In this document: in pieces, positions 8,732 to 19,195 of the stretch
Position numbering within the stretch: the stretch's first letter is position 1
Layout of the letters: each line of letters starts with the position of its first letter
Translations under genes and position numbers: made by a program
Notes under the pieces: model-generated
The model's database searches: none
Seen by the model: only the letters and a program-made list of their open reading frames with translations
What the model was told of the DNA's origin: nothing
Assembly (NCBI GenBank): GCA_044345405.1
Contig: JBIJBE010000043.1
Location: 1 to 29,481, forward strand
Length of the DNA: 29,481 nucleotides
From: Bdellovibrionota bacterium
Lineage (GTDB): Bacteria > Bdellovibrionota_C > UBA2361 > OMII01
Reading direction: 5' to 3'

Positions 8732-9906
8732 GCGGCACCTCGCCGATGTCCGGGCATGCGAATATGTCTCCCCACACAACGCACCAAGGTCTGAGACCTA
8801 TCGAAGGCGAAGATCCATCCACCGTAGAGCTGATACCGCTCTCCTTTGACTCCGAAACGCTCTACTGAGCTCTTAATCTTGTGAAACTCGATCGGCTGAG
8901 AGAGTTGGTACCACTGCGAGAACTTTTCAAAACACTCAGGCGCGGTAAAGAATCCTTGAAAGCGCTCTCGAGCGTCACGCGTGCGACGAACTCCCTCCTC
9001 GAACTCCGCGAACGCTCGGGCGTGAACCGAGCGACGTTTCCCAAATACCTCGTAAAATCCCATCAAATCGCGGTGTTTTGGCGTTAATTTAAAAGACCCC
9101 ACCTTCTCTCGTGGAGCCCGAACAAGCTCGGCTCGAAGGAACCCACTGAGGTTACGCCCACTCAGCTCAATCGTTCGAAGCAAGGTCCCCTTCTCCTCGA
9201 CGAACATGAACTTGCCCGCCATACGGATATTTTTACTCTTCGAATTCTTTACATCGTAGGGAACCACGATCGGAAAGGTCCGCGGGATAGGTCGAGCGCG
9301 TCGAATAAGGGAGACGAGGAGTTTTAAAGATCCGGCGAGGGTACGAAGCGCCTCAGGATATCGGCGTTCAACGAATCGAGAATCCTTAATCAGAGCGGCG
9401 AAGTCTCGAACGACCTTCTCGTGAACAACGATGACGGCGCGTCGTGCCGTTATATGAAACTCCAAACCGAACTTGCCTTGGCGCGCCTCTACTTTAGGTA
9501 TCTTTGAGATACTTGGGTCGGCCGGATGAATATAGCTCTCTCCGGAGAGAAGTGAGCCGAGGTAGTATGGGAGCCCGAACTGTTGCGGATTCGAGATGGG
9601 CACAGGGGCGACGAATCCAACGAGGACGTTCTTTCCCTCTACGAGGTAGTGTTTTACCGGGTCCCTTCCCTCGAAGAGCCATTGAAAGCTCTTCTCGGGA
9701 GACTTATGCGCCTCTCCGTGACTCTCTTTCTGAATCCACGATTGATAATGCTCGACCAAAGCTGAGACAGCGCGCTCATCGATGAAGATGCCCTTCGAGA
9801 TAACTCGTAGGGACAGGAGCATCTCCTGAGCCCCCTTGTGCCCCTTCAAAAAAACTAGAAATGCTGTGAGCTGGGACCGCTCATCGGTCCGCGCCTGCTC
9901 TGTCAT
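8728..9906 (-). CDS. Hypothetical basic protein, 392 aa, with three apparent internal domain repeats
   Basis: Long ORF with AAGGAG RBS upstream of the ATG. No family recognised with confidence. Confidence 0.8.
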   Translation of the reverse strand: MTEQARTDERSQLTAFLVFLKGHKGAQEMLLSLRVISKGIFIDERAVSALVEHYQSWIQKESHGEAHKSPEKSFQWLFEGRDPVKHYLVEGKNVLVGFVAPVPISNPQQFGLPYYLGSLLSGESYIHPADPSISKIPKVEARQGKFGLEFHITARRAVIVVHEKVVRDFAALIKDSRFVERRYPEALRTLAGSLKLLVSLIRRARPIPRTFPIVVPYDVKNSKSKNIRMAGKFMFVEEKGTLLRTIELSGRNLSGFLRAELVRAPREKVGSFKLTPKHRDLMGFYEVFGKRRSVHARAFAEFEEGVRRTRDARERFQGFFTAPECFEKFSQWYQLSQPIEFHKIKSSVERFGVKGERYQLYGGWIFAFDRSQTLVRCVGRHIRMPGHRRGAA

Positions 9907-9986
9907 GGCCCGCTCCTTGCCGCGTCAACGTTTATGCGAGCATATACCGAGACCTCTCGGCGGTGGTAGTGCGAAGAACGGGACAT

Positions 9987-10017
9987 AAAAAAAGCCGCCG
10001 CGGTTTCCCGCGACGGC
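9987..10017 (-). terminator. Rho-independent terminator of nrdAB
   Basis: Minus strand GCCGTCGCGG-GAAA-CCGCGGCGGC-TTTTTTT, 28 nt after the nrdB stop. Confidence 0.9.
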
Positions 10018-10045
10018 CCTAACCGACCCTTAAGGTCGCATCGTA

Positions 10046-11128
10046 CTACCAGTTAAGAGCGCCAGCGGTCTGGTACTCAGTAACTCGGGTCTCGAAGAAG
10101 TTCTTCTCCTTACCCAAATCGATCGTCTCGCTCATCCATGGGAATGGGTTCTTCGAGCCGTACTGAGGCTTAAGTCCAATTCGCTCAAGACGACGGTCAG
10201 CGATGTACTGAACGTAGTCACGGAACATCGGAGCTGTCAGACCAAGGATTCCCCGTGGAAGACAATCAGCAGCATAGTTGTACTCAAGCTCTACAGCCTG
10301 ACGGATCTTATCTACAATATGCGCCTGGAACTCCTCAGTCCAAAGTCCTGGGTTCTCAGCCTTGATCGTGTTGATGAGATCGATACCAAAGTTGAGGTGA
10401 ATCGACTCATCACGCAAGATGTACTGGAACTGCTCTCCGATGCCGGTCATCTTGTTCTGACGGTGGAACGAGAGGATCATCACGAATCCGCTGTAGAAGA
10501 AGATTCCTTCCATGATCACGTAGTAGCCAATAAGGTTCTCAAGGAATTTTTGAGCGCCTTCTGGGGTTTCCGTCGTGAAGTTCGGCTTGAGGATCTCCTC
10601 GGTCAACTTCATCTCGAAGCTGTCTTTCGCGTGGATTGAGTTCACCTCGTTGTACATGTTGAACACTTCGCCCTGATCAAGCGAGAGCGACTCAACGATG
10701 TAGTGGAAGGTGTGGTTGTGAACAGCTTCCTCAAACGCTTGGCGTAGGAGAAACTGGCGGCACTCCGGGTTCGTCACATGCTTAAAGATGGCGAGCACGA
10801 TGTTATTTCCAACCAAGCTCTCAGCGGTGCTGAAGAAACCAAGGTTTCGCATGATAACACGGCGCTCATCGTTGCTGAGGCGATCTGACTTCCAGAGCTC
10901 GATGTCCTTACCCATCGGTACCTCTGTTGGGAGCCAGTTATTCGCGCATCCGTTGAGGTAATGCTCCCACGCCCACTTGTACTTAAGCGGCATGAGTTGG
11001 TTTACGTCGACCGTGCTGCAGTTGATAAGGCGCTTGTCGGCTACCTTAACGCGCTTCGCGGTCTCGTTGCCGTCGTCGTTAGACGAGCTCGAACTTCCTG
11101 TTGTATCTGAATCATCAAACGTAAGCAT
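10046..11128 (-). CDS. nrdB: Ribonucleotide reductase beta subunit, class Ic (R2c, Mn/Fe) type
   Basis: FFSTAESLV (Glu as first metal ligand), EEAVHNHTF (Phe at the radical-Tyr position), [16 protein letters not shown] and [10 protein letters not shown]. Confidence 0.95.
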   Translation of the reverse strand: MLTFDDSDTTGSSSSSNDDGNETAKRVKVADKRLINCSTVDVNQLMPLKYKWAWEHYLNGCANNWLPTEVPMGKDIELWKSDRLSNDERRVIMRNLGFFSTAESLVGNNIVLAIFKHVTNPECRQFLLRQAFEEAVHNHTFHYIVESLSLDQGEVFNMYNEVNSIHAKDSFEMKLTEEILKPNFTTETPEGAQKFLENLIGYYVIMEGIFFYSGFVMILSFHRQNKMTGIGEQFQYILRDESIHLNFGIDLINTIKAENPGLWTEEFQAHIVDKIRQAVELEYNYAADCLPRGILGLTAPMFRDYVQYIADRRLERIGLKPQYGSKNPFPWMSETIDLGKEKNFFETRVTEYQTAGALNW

Positions 11129-11161
11129 ATTCCTTCTCCTTACAGTATAACTCTAAAAATC

Positions 11162-14100
11162 CTACTGACAGCTCTCACAATCACCATCAAGTCCGCACAC
11201 CTTAGGAACCTCCGCCTTAGCGGCGGTCTCCGCTACCGGTTTGCGCTCAACAACAACTTCACTTGACGCTGACTTGTTCTTCATCCATCGAGGCTGAAGA
11301 CCTCGGCGGTTGATGTCTGTCGTCGACTTCTCAATCTGCGTAGCTCCAAGCGAACGGAGGTAGTACGTGGTCTTAAGTCCCTTCGTCCAAGCCTGCATGT
11401 ACATGTCGTTCAACTTCTTACCGCTCGGTTGAGCCATGTAGAGATTGAGAGACTGTCCCATGTCGATCCACTTCTGACGACGGCTACCACACTCGATCAA
11501 CCACTCAGGCTCGATCTCGAACGCTGTGAGGTAGATCTTCCGAAGGTCCTCTGGAATCCGCTCAATCTCTTGAATGGACCCATCGAAGTACTTCAGGTCA
11601 TCGATCATGTCCTCATCCCAGAGGTCAAGAGCCTTGAGCTCGTCAACCAGGAAGGTGTTATGAACGATGAACTCTCCCGACAAGTTGGACTTAGCGTAGA
11701 GGTGCTTATAGTTCGGCTCGATAGACTGACTCACTCCGGTAATGTTGGAGATAGTCGCTGTCGGCGCAATCGCCATGGTGTTGCTGTTGCGCATGCCGTT
11801 ATTCTTAACCGCCTCACGTACGACCTTCCAGTCGAGTGTGGATGAGCGATCAACCTCAAGGTTTCCGCCACGCTCCTCCTCAAGGACCTTAAGCGTATCG
11901 ATCGGAAGCAATCCACGATCCCACTTCGACCCCTTGTAACTTGAGTACGCTCCCTTCTCCTGCGCGAGCTCGGTTGAAGCGAGAATCGCGTAGTACGAAA
12001 TGGCCTCCATACTCTCGTCCGCGAACTTCACAGCCTCTGGACTCGCGTAGCTGATGCGTTGAGCATACAACGCGTCTTGAAAGCCCATGAGTCCGAGACC
12101 AATCGGTCTGTGTCGGAGGTTAGCAGTTTTGGCTTCTGCTGTCGGGTAAAAGTTGATGTCGATGACGTTATCCAACATGCGGACCGCTGTTCGCACCGTC
12201 TTCTCGATTCCCGCTCGATCAAGCCCGTCTTTGCTTACGAACTTCACGAGATTAATAGAACCGAGGTTGCACACAGCGGTCTCTTCTGGAGAGGTGTTGA
12301 GCAAGATCTCTGTGCAGAGATTCGAGCTGTGCACCACTCCAACGTGATCCTGTGGCGAGCGAAGGTTCGATGGATCCTTGAAGGTGATCCAAGGGTGACC
12401 TGTCTCGAACAACATGCTGAGCATCTTTCGCCAGAGAGCCACAGCCTCGATCTTCTTGTGAAGCTTAAGCTCTCCGCGCTCAGCCTTCTTCTCGTACTCA
12501 ACGTAACGCTCCTCGAACTTCTTACCGTAGAGGTCGTGAAGATCTGGAACATCACTTGGGCTGAAGAGTGTCCAGGTGCCGTTAGCGGCCACACGCTTCA
12601 TGAAGAGGTCTGGAATCCAGTTAGCCGTATTCATGTCGTGCGTACGACGACGCTCGTCACCGGTGTTCTTACGGAGCTCAAGGAAGTCCTCGATATCCAA
12701 GTGCCATGACTCAAGGTACGCGCACATCGCGCCCTTTCGCTTACCGCCCTGGTTAACGGCGACAGCGGTGTCGTTCGCGACTTTAAGGAATGGGATAACG
12801 CCCTGACTGCGTCCGTTCGTTCCCTTAATGCGAGAACCAGTAGCGCGCACGTTCGTCCAGTCGTTACCAAGTCCTCCAGCCCACTTCGAGAGCTGCGCGT
12901 CGTCAGCGACACACTTGAAGATGTGCTGAAGATCGTCGGCGATCGTGGTGAGGTAGCAGGAGCTCAATTGCGGGTGCAACGTTCCAGCGTTGAAGAGGGT
13001 CGGCGTACTTGAGGTGAACACGCACCGCGAGAGTACATCGTAGAACTCGATAGCTCGCTCGTTCTTCTGAGCGCCCTCGTTGACGCTCAATCCCATCGCG
13101 ACTCGCATCCAGAAGATCTGTGGAGTCTCAAGGCGAATATCCTCGTGGTGGATGAGGTAACGATCGTAGAGGGTCTGAAGTCCAAGGTATTGGAACTCAA
13201 AATCTCGATCGAGCTTGAGAGCCTGTCCAAGCTTGTTGAGATCGAACTCAAGCAGCTTAGGATCCATACGCTCTACCGAAACCGCCTTCTTGAGGCAGTC
13301 CTTGAAGTATTGCTGATGAGCCTTATCAAGCTTGGCGCTATGAGCGTCAACGCCCATCGTCTCACGATAGATGATGTCGAGGAGCAATCGAGCCGCTACA
13401 TAAGAGTAGGCTGGGTCCTTCTCGATCTTCGCGCGAGCGGCCATGATGATAGCTTGGTCAACTTCCTCAAGCTTGATCCCCTCGTAGAAGTTGCGAACAG
13501 CCTCTTGAAGAACCTCTTCGCTCGACGCGATAGACTCCAAGCCCTTACAGGCGTGAACGATACGCTTGCGAAGCTCTCCCTCCGAGAGGTCGATCTGTGT
13601 GCCTTCCTTTGTTACTGCCTTGAAGACGGTTCCAGGAGCGACCTCAACGACCGCCTCTGTTGTCTCCTCGGTCTCGCCCTCTACTTCACGCTGCGCCGCG
13701 CGAGTCGAACGATAGAGAATGAAATCCTTAGCCACCTGATAGAAGCCCGACGCCATCATCTCACGCTCAACTTCATCCTGGATGAGCTCGATATCGACCT
13801 GCGTGCCAGCCGCTGAGAGCGCGACCACTCGAGCGACCACTTTATCGGTGAGCGCGTTGACGTTAGCGATGGTCTCGCCTGGTGTCTGACCCTCGATCTT
13901 GAGGGAGGCCCGGAAGGCGCTCTCGATAGCCGAGGCGATCTTCATCGGGTTGAAACGAACCAGTGTCTTCCCGTCACGTCGAAGGACCTTGATGTTACGA
14001 GGAGAGTCCTCGCGGGTAGCCTTCTGCTCATTTCGGTAGATAATGTAGTTACGACCAACATCGAAGTACCCACCCTTAACGAGCTTCACCTCAACAAGGT

Positions 14101-14434
14101 CCTGAATCCCCTCTACGGTTACGCACGCGCCCTTCCCGGCCTCCAGAGCGACAGCCTGAGCAACCTGCTCGGTAAGGCTTTGAACTACCGTGAGAAGCTC
14201 CTGCGGAAGGGGGGTCCCCTCAGCGATATCTTTCGTAGCTCGAAACGCCAGCTCAATAGCGCGAGCGATGCGCTCCTTGCGGAAAGGGACGAGCGAACCG
14301 CTTCGCTTTACGACCGTGATAGAGTTAAGGTCTACCGTTCGCACACCCTCTTCTTGGGTAGCGCCAGTTGCCGCCAACATACCGTTAATACTCTTTTTTC
14401 CGCCTACTTCTGAGCCACTCGATGCTACCGTCAT
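11162..14434 (-). CDS. nrdA: Ribonucleotide reductase class I alpha subunit with three N-terminal ATP-cone domains
   Basis: [40 protein letters not shown] and C-terminal CESCQ. Cones begin at VVKRSG, VLRRDG and VTKEG. Confidence 0.96.
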   Translation of the reverse strand: MTVASSGSEVGGKKSINGMLAATGATQEEGVRTVDLNSITVVKRSGSLVPFRKERIARAIELAFRATKDIAEGTPLPQELLTVVQSLTEQVAQAVALEAGKGACVTVEGIQDLVEVKLVKGGYFDVGRNYIIYRNEQKATREDSPRNIKVLRRDGKTLVRFNPMKIASAIESAFRASLKIEGQTPGETIANVNALTDKVVARVVALSAAGTQVDIELIQDEVEREMMASGFYQVAKDFILYRSTRAAQREVEGETEETTEAVVEVAPGTVFKAVTKEGTQIDLSEGELRKRIVHACKGLESIASSEEVLQEAVRNFYEGIKLEEVDQAIIMAARAKIEKDPAYSYVAARLLLDIIYRETMGVDAHSAKLDKAHQQYFKDCLKKAVSVERMDPKLLEFDLNKLGQALKLDRDFEFQYLGLQTLYDRYLIHHEDIRLETPQIFWMRVAMGLSVNEGAQKNERAIEFYDVLSRCVFTSSTPTLFNAGTLHPQLSSCYLTTIADDLQHIFKCVADDAQLSKWAGGLGNDWTNVRATGSRIKGTNGRSQGVIPFLKVANDTAVAVNQGGKRKGAMCAYLESWHLDIEDFLELRKNTGDERRRTHDMNTANWIPDLFMKRVAANGTWTLFSPSDVPDLHDLYGKKFEERYVEYEKKAERGELKLHKKIEAVALWRKMLSMLFETGHPWITFKDPSNLRSPQDHVGVVHSSNLCTEILLNTSPEETAVCNLGSINLVKFVSKDGLDRAGIEKTVRTAVRMLDNVIDINFYPTAEAKTANLRHRPIGLGLMGFQDALYAQRISYASPEAVKFADESMEAISYYAILASTELAQEKGAYSSYKGSKWDRGLLPIDTLKVLEEERGGNLEVDRSSTLDWKVVREAVKNNGMRNSNTMAIAPTATISNITGVSQSIEPNYKHLYAKSNLSGEFIVHNTFLVDELKALDLWDEDMIDDLKYFDGSIQEIERIPEDLRKIYLTAFEIEPEWLIECGSRRQKWIDMGQSLNLYMAQPSGKKLNDMYMQAWTKGLKTTYYLRSLGATQIEKSTTDINRRGLQPRWMKNKSASSEVVVERKPVAETAAKAEVPKVCGLDGDCESCQ

Positions 14435-14570
14435 ACGCCTCTTAATCCCTCGCTACCTACGCACTCCTTAGCCAATTCCAGACAACACGAATCCCGTTCG
14501 CCTAAATAGGCGTTCTCAAAAATCGCTATGCCATACCACCTAATGTGAAGATTAGTATTTGGGGGCCTTC

Positions 14571-14618
14571 CTACTATATATAGTAGCCGCCCAGGGAACT
14601 AACTACAATATATATGTA
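14571..14618. promoter_or_regulatory. Tandem NrdR boxes upstream of nrdA
   Basis: Perfect 16-bp palindrome CTACTATATATAGTAG (14571-14586) fits acaCwAtATaTwGtgt. A degenerate second copy CTACAATATATATGTA starts 32 bp later, the usual NrdR-box spacing. Confidence 0.8.
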
Positions 14619-15072
14619 TGAGTAACTCCCACCTGCTGTCTACCTGAAATATGCTGGGTGCGACAAAAAAAAACCCTTCCGCACCTAACACCTTATAACA
14701 ACAAGAGCCACGACTTTGAGACCGCGTTTTTATAGCAGCATCACATACCGCCTTCAACGAAAATCGACTCAACAGGTCGACCTAACAATCTATTTTTATT
14801 GATTTTATTTTCAACGACCCTCAAAAACCTCTTGCTTTCCAAATGGCGTTAGAGCAGCCACCGTCATGCTGGAGTCTCATTCGCGAAGCGGTCCAAAAAG
14901 CTCGTCATCAGCTGCGTCACAGATCACTTTCAGGCGCGCGATACGATGAACTCGGAAAAAGCCTCAGAAATGGGGCTCTTTCAGCGATCACGAGAACCTG
15001 CTCCTGACCGCAATCCGAGCGACGTTCGCGACATGACGACGAACATCCCTATCTTGAGCTTATTTTTCGGGC

Positions 15073-15435
15073 TTATTTGGAGAGTCTTTGGCTCTGCGCT
15101 TCAAGAGAATCGACCTCTCGCTCGATCTCACGTAATGAATCATCGCTGGTTGGTGTCGTGGGCGCATGTGCTGTTGCCACCGTCGTAGGCGTGCTGGACG
15201 CCACATCCGCTATCGCCACATCCTTGAAGATCTCATTTTTCAGCGATTTTTCGGCGGTATTCTTGAACTCGCCAAGATCCTGACCCGCGTCCGCGAACGC
15301 GCTATTCTCACTGACCTCAAGATCATCAGCTAAGAGCGTTGTGTCGTCCGCCTCCTGCCCGTACGCGCTCGATGCCAATATAAGGCCGAAAAACAACACT
15401 CCCAGTATCTCGATTCCTCTCTGCGCGGTTCTCAT
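15073..15435 (-). CDS. Hypothetical small acidic exported protein
   Basis: ATG 15435 follows GAGGTG. Signal-peptide-like N-terminus (MRTAQRG...LILASSAYG/QEA) and a coiled-coil-like C-terminus. Confidence 0.7.
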   Translation of the reverse strand: MRTAQRGIEILGVLFFGLILASSAYGQEADDTTLLADDLEVSENSAFADAGQDLGEFKNTAEKSLKNEIFKDVAIADVASSTPTTVATAHAPTTPTSDDSLREIEREVDSLEAQSQRLSK

Positions 15436-15583
15436 GCGTCGTGCCACCTCAAACATATCTCGCTGCGGCGACCGTAGCATCAACGACAAAAAAGGTCGCC
15501 ACGAAATCGGCACTCGCCATGAAACAACGGTTTTTCATGGCTTATCACTTGAAAACCCACTCAACTAATCGCATCGTACCGAC

Positions 15584-16708
15584 ATGATGTCACATGACGC
15601 CAAGCGATCTCTTCGAATCCCTCTCCTCTCCGCTCTGATCGGGGCGGCGATCGTGGTTGGAGCGTTCTTCGGCGTTAAGCGATGGTACACCTCTCCTCTT
15701 CGCCAGGGGCAACGCGCGGTAACCCCTCGCGGCGAATTAAGCCCAGAGGAAAAAGGCACGATAGATCTCTTCCAAATCGCGGCTTCATCCGTTGTCTACA
15801 TCACGAGCGTGGCGGTTGAGCGTGACGCGTTCTCCATGAACGTGTTTGAGATTCCGCAAGGCGCTGGTTCCGGTTTTATCTGGGATAAGCGTGGGTACAT
15901 CGTCACCAACTTCCACGTCATTCAAAACGCGTCGGCCGCGCGCATCACCCTTTCAGATCATTCGTCGTGGGAAGCGAAACTCGTCGGAGTTGAGCCAGAC
16001 AAAGACATCGCGGTTCTCAAGATAGAACCCTCGGGAACGGATCTCATCCCTATTGCGGTCGGCACCTCAAAAGATCTTCGTGTTGGACAACGGGTGTACG
16101 CTATCGGAAATCCGTTCGGATTCGACCACACCCTCACTACCGGTGTTATCAGTGGACTTGGTCGAGAGATTAAATCCGTCACCGATCGTCCGATTCAGGG
16201 AGTCATTCAAACGGACGCGGCGATTAATCCCGGAAACTCTGGAGGGCCTCTGCTCGACAGCGCGGGAAGGCTGATCGGCATGAACACCGCGATCGTGAGT
16301 CCGTCGGGATCGTACGCGGGAATCGGGTTCGCGGTACCTGTCGACACGATTAATCGCGTTGTCCCTCAACTGATCAGGAATGGTGTCGTGAAAAAGCCCG
16401 GTCTTGGCATTCAAGTGCTTGAGAGCGACCTTCTGCGTGGCAACGGGATTATCGGGGGGATCGTCGCCAACGTCTTGCGGGGTTCGCCAGCGGACCAAGC
16501 CGGCTTGATTCCTCTCGGAAGAGATAGCAATGGGAAGATTCAGTTGGGGGATATCATCGTCGCTGTTGATGATACACCTATCACCGATGGGGACGACCTC
16601 TTGAATATCCTCGACGAGAAGCAGCCGGGAGATAAGCTCCGCATGAAGGTGATCAATAACGGCACCGAACGAACAGTTACGGTTACCCTCGGGCTTCTTC
16701 AGGAATAG
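15584..16708 (+). CDS. HtrA/DegP-family serine protease with one PDZ domain (HhoA/Deg1-like)
   Basis: N-terminal TM segment, GAGSGF, VTNFHV, DIAVL, TDAAINPGNSGGPL and a C-terminal PDZ (GSPA...GDIIVAVD). Confidence 0.93.
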   Translation: MMSHDAKRSLRIPLLSALIGAAIVVGAFFGVKRWYTSPLRQGQRAVTPRGELSPEEKGTIDLFQIAASSVVYITSVAVERDAFSMNVFEIPQGAGSGFIWDKRGYIVTNFHVIQNASAARITLSDHSSWEAKLVGVEPDKDIAVLKIEPSGTDLIPIAVGTSKDLRVGQRVYAIGNPFGFDHTLTTGVISGLGREIKSVTDRPIQGVIQTDAAINPGNSGGPLLDSAGRLIGMNTAIVSPSGSYAGIGFAVPVDTINRVVPQLIRNGVVKKPGLGIQVLESDLLRGNGIIGGIVANVLRGSPADQAGLIPLGRDSNGKIQLGDIIVAVDDTPITDGDDLLNILDEKQPGDKLRMKVINNGTERTVTVTLGLLQE

Positions 16709-17561
16709 CTTGTAGGAAATCTCTGATCACTCGAAGAGTCTCCTCACGCTCCGTCGCGAACGGATGATGAGCGCTTCCTTCAAGGATGTGAAGCGTGGAT
16801 TCGGGCACAAGCGACGCGAAATAGGCGTGCGCCTCTGGCGTCGCCTCGTCGAATCGACCACACATAAACATGGTGGGAACGCGCAATTGTGGCAACCGCG
16901 GCGAGAGGTTGTATTCGCGCGCCAGTCCATTCACCACAAGCTCGTTGGTTCCCCACACCGTGTGATAGGTCTGCGCGTCAGCTTCAGCCTCGGAGCGACG
17001 GATCGACTCCGGAATATCATCACATCCGTAGATATGCTTCTTGTAGTACGCGGATAAGGCCGTCAGATACTGAGGAGAATTGGTGGCTCCCGTTCGAGCC
17101 CCTTCACGCAATACCATTTTATGCATGAGGGAGAGTTGCCCGACTAGACGATCACCGTCGGCGACCCAGCGGGGAATATCGATCGACGCGCACGCGAAGA
17201 TGAGGCTCGTGACGCGATCCGGATAACGCAACGCGTACTCTCCGATGACAAGCCCCCCAAAGGAGTGCCCGAGAAGGTGCATCTTCTCGATCTTGAGCTC
17301 ACGACGAAGATCCTCAAGCTCAGAGATGAAGCCGTCGATCGAGAAAACCTTGCGGGCGCCACCGCGACGGGAACGACCACACCCCGCTTGGTCAAACAAG
17401 ATAACCGGAACCGCTGAAGTGAGTTCGGCCAGTGGCTCCAAATAGTAACTCGTGAAGCCCGGCCCACCGTGCACGCATACCAATGGCGCGCCGCTCTCAG
17501 CTCCGTGCCGTTCGAAGAAGACCTCCCCCGCGCTCGTTTCTATGTATCCGCTCAGTGACAT
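16683..17561 (-). CDS. pip: Proline iminopeptidase-family alpha/beta hydrolase
   Basis: HGGPG, DQAGCGRS, GHSFGG nucleophile elbow, GRFDEATP and SAHH. GTG 17567 is an alternative start. Confidence 0.85.
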   Translation of the reverse strand: MSLSGYIETSAGEVFFERHGAESGAPLVCVHGGPGFTSYYLEPLAELTSAVPVILFDQAGCGRSRRGGARKVFSIDGFISELEDLRRELKIEKMHLLGHSFGGLVIGEYALRYPDRVTSLIFACASIDIPRWVADGDRLVGQLSLMHKMVLREGARTGATNSPQYLTALSAYYKKHIYGCDDIPESIRRSEAEADAQTYHTVWGTNELVVNGLAREYNLSPRLPQLRVPTMFMCGRFDEATPEAHAYFASLVPESTLHILEGSAHHPFATEREETLRVIRDFLQAIPEEARG

Positions 17562-17667
17562 ACTCACGTTCCTATCCCGTCAATACATTCGACGAGGTCG
17601 TATCAATACGTTATATAGAGTCCGTTGCGCTACAAGTAGCACATTCATGCTTTTTAGCCGCAAAAAG

Positions 17668-17695
17668 TAATGCTTTTTCGTATCTCGGCCGATCT
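17668..17695 (+). promoter_or_regulatory. Sigma28/FliA-like promoter
   Basis: TAATG-N15-GCCGATCT, 32 nt before ATG 17728. Confidence 0.5.
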
Positions 17696-17727
17696 TGGGA
17701 AACGAAAGGGAGCGGGTACGTACCCAT

Positions 17728-18723
17728 ATGGCACCACTACATAAAGACCTCCATCTGACAGCTGAATTCATCGCGTTTCTGCGTGGAGGGTTCTACTCGC
17801 AAGTGATGTTAGAGGGCGCGGCCTCTCGTCTGAGCTCTACCTTCCTTCAAGAGGATTATGTTGAGGGTGCCCATAAAGCGTTTGATAAGCTCGACGCGTG
17901 GATGAAGGAGCTTGAGGATGGCATGCCCCTCTTCTCAACATCGTGGTCAACTCCAGATACCTTCGAAGCGATTAACGCGATGGGATTGATGAGGGATCTC
18001 AAGAGAGACCTCCTCTGGTTCTCGGATCTTGTGGACAACGCGCTCGGAGCGCCGAACCTCGTTGAGGATCGAGAGGCAACGAAGATTCTCGCGGCTGGCG
18101 TGCTACGCTCCGCGGCGACACGACTCTCCTATATCGAAACGCTTAACGACGCTTTTGTTAAACTAAAAGCCCCAGAACGCGCTCAACAGTTCGCCGCGGA
18201 GCTTCCAGAGGCGAAGAACTTTCTCCAAACAGCGAATACGATCGTCGATCTCTTCTCTGTTGATAATCCCTACTCACCAGATCTGTGTGAGAGGCTTCGC
18301 GTAGAAGCGAGTCTGGTGCCCTCAAGTATGCGCGCATACGCGCACGATGCTCGGGTGCTCCTGAATGTCTACTCCAAGGAGTTCACCTATGAGCTTGCGG
18401 AGATTCCCGCGCACGCCGCCAAGCCATGGCTCGACATGAATGTGCCGGCGGTCGCCGCTGGGTATTGGTTCGCGTACAACTTCACACCGCAGGATTACGT
18501 TCGATGGGCCTCAGTGGGAATTCGCGGGGCCCCTCTCGCCGCCTATTGGCGACGAGCTCGCTTCGATCCGGAGGATGCCGTTCAATGGATTCAACAGGGA
18601 ATCCCTCCCATGATCGCGATTGAGTGGGCCCGAGCCGGCTTCGATGCGGGGAGGACCGTCGCGATGCTTCAACGGGGCATTACCGATCCGACAAAGGCAC
18701 CCCGCAATCGGGACGGCGAATAA
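17728..18723 (+). CDS. Hypothetical protein: helical N-terminus plus C-terminal ~13-aa Trp repeats
   Basis: Long ORF. ATG 17728 preferred to TTG 17695. W-x3-G-[FI]-x-P-x2-A-x2 periodicity at the C-terminus. Confidence 0.8.
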   Translation: MAPLHKDLHLTAEFIAFLRGGFYSQVMLEGAASRLSSTFLQEDYVEGAHKAFDKLDAWMKELEDGMPLFSTSWSTPDTFEAINAMGLMRDLKRDLLWFSDLVDNALGAPNLVEDREATKILAAGVLRSAATRLSYIETLNDAFVKLKAPERAQQFAAELPEAKNFLQTANTIVDLFSVDNPYSPDLCERLRVEASLVPSSMRAYAHDARVLLNVYSKEFTYELAEIPAHAAKPWLDMNVPAVAAGYWFAYNFTPQDYVRWASVGIRGAPLAAYWRRARFDPEDAVQWIQQGIPPMIAIEWARAGFDAGRTVAMLQRGITDPTKAPRNRDGE

Positions 18724-18804
18724 GGCTAAGCCCTCAAGAGCAGTTTGTTATATTAACCAAACATTCGCTCGCCGGCAAAAACATGCATTTCATACCGCAA
18801 CCAA

Positions 18805-18834
18805 TTGACATAAACCACAAACGCAGAGTATACG
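18805..18834 (+). promoter_or_regulatory. Possible sigma70 promoter of the feo operon
   Basis: Perfect TTGACA at 18805-18810, with TATACG 18 nt later (weak -10). Confidence 0.4.
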
Positions 18835-18905
18835 AATAAACAGGCGTTCGGGATTGTCGCCTGGCAGATTGAGATACATATCTGCCATAACTAACGGAAA
18901 CCACT

Positions 18906-19169
18906 GTGGAAAATTCGGCTACCACCGTCATCAAGGAAGAGAAGGCCCTCAGCTCCGTTAAGGTCGGCCAAAGAGCAATGATCTCAGCTATTAAGAGCTG
19001 CCCAGCCGAACTCCTCCACAAGCTCGTGTCCATGGGGATCGTTGCAGGTTCGGAAGTAACCGTGACACAGCGAGGGTTCTTCGGCTCTCCTATTAATATC
19101 CACCTCCTCGGCTCAGTACTCTCCCTGCGTAGTGCTGAGGCTGCTCACATCCACGTACAACCTCTGTAA
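18906..19169 (+). CDS. feoA: Ferrous iron transport protein A
   Basis: LSSVKVGQRAMI...KLVSMGIVAGSEV...GSPI...LSLRSAEA, directly upstream of feoB. Confidence 0.93.
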   Translation: MENSATTVIKEEKALSSVKVGQRAMISAIKSCPAELLHKLVSMGIVAGSEVTVTQRGFFGSPINIHLLGSVLSLRSAEAAHIHVQPL

Positions 19170-19195
19170 TCGGGGTTAACCAACGTCGCGGCCCA

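Noticed and set aside
12059-13816. Long plus-strand ORFs (216 and 223 aa) antisense to nrdA
   Set aside because: Shadow ORFs expected from the codon bias of a highly expressed gene; no motifs.
11162-14434. Unusual nrdA length suggesting an intein or intron
   Set aside because: The extra length is explained by three N-terminal ATP cones. The catalytic core is uninterrupted and shows no splicing or homing-endonuclease motifs.
14620-15072. Long, partly AT-rich intergenic stretch and the 80-aa ORF at 14946-15188
   Set aside because: No convincing RNA gene or att site. The ORF overlaps the better-supported minus-strand gene and lacks motifs.
16683-16708. 26-nt convergent overlap of the HtrA and peptidase genes (also a 4-nt overlap at 8728-8731)
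   Set aside because: Short tail-to-tail overlaps are common, and nothing here indicates function.
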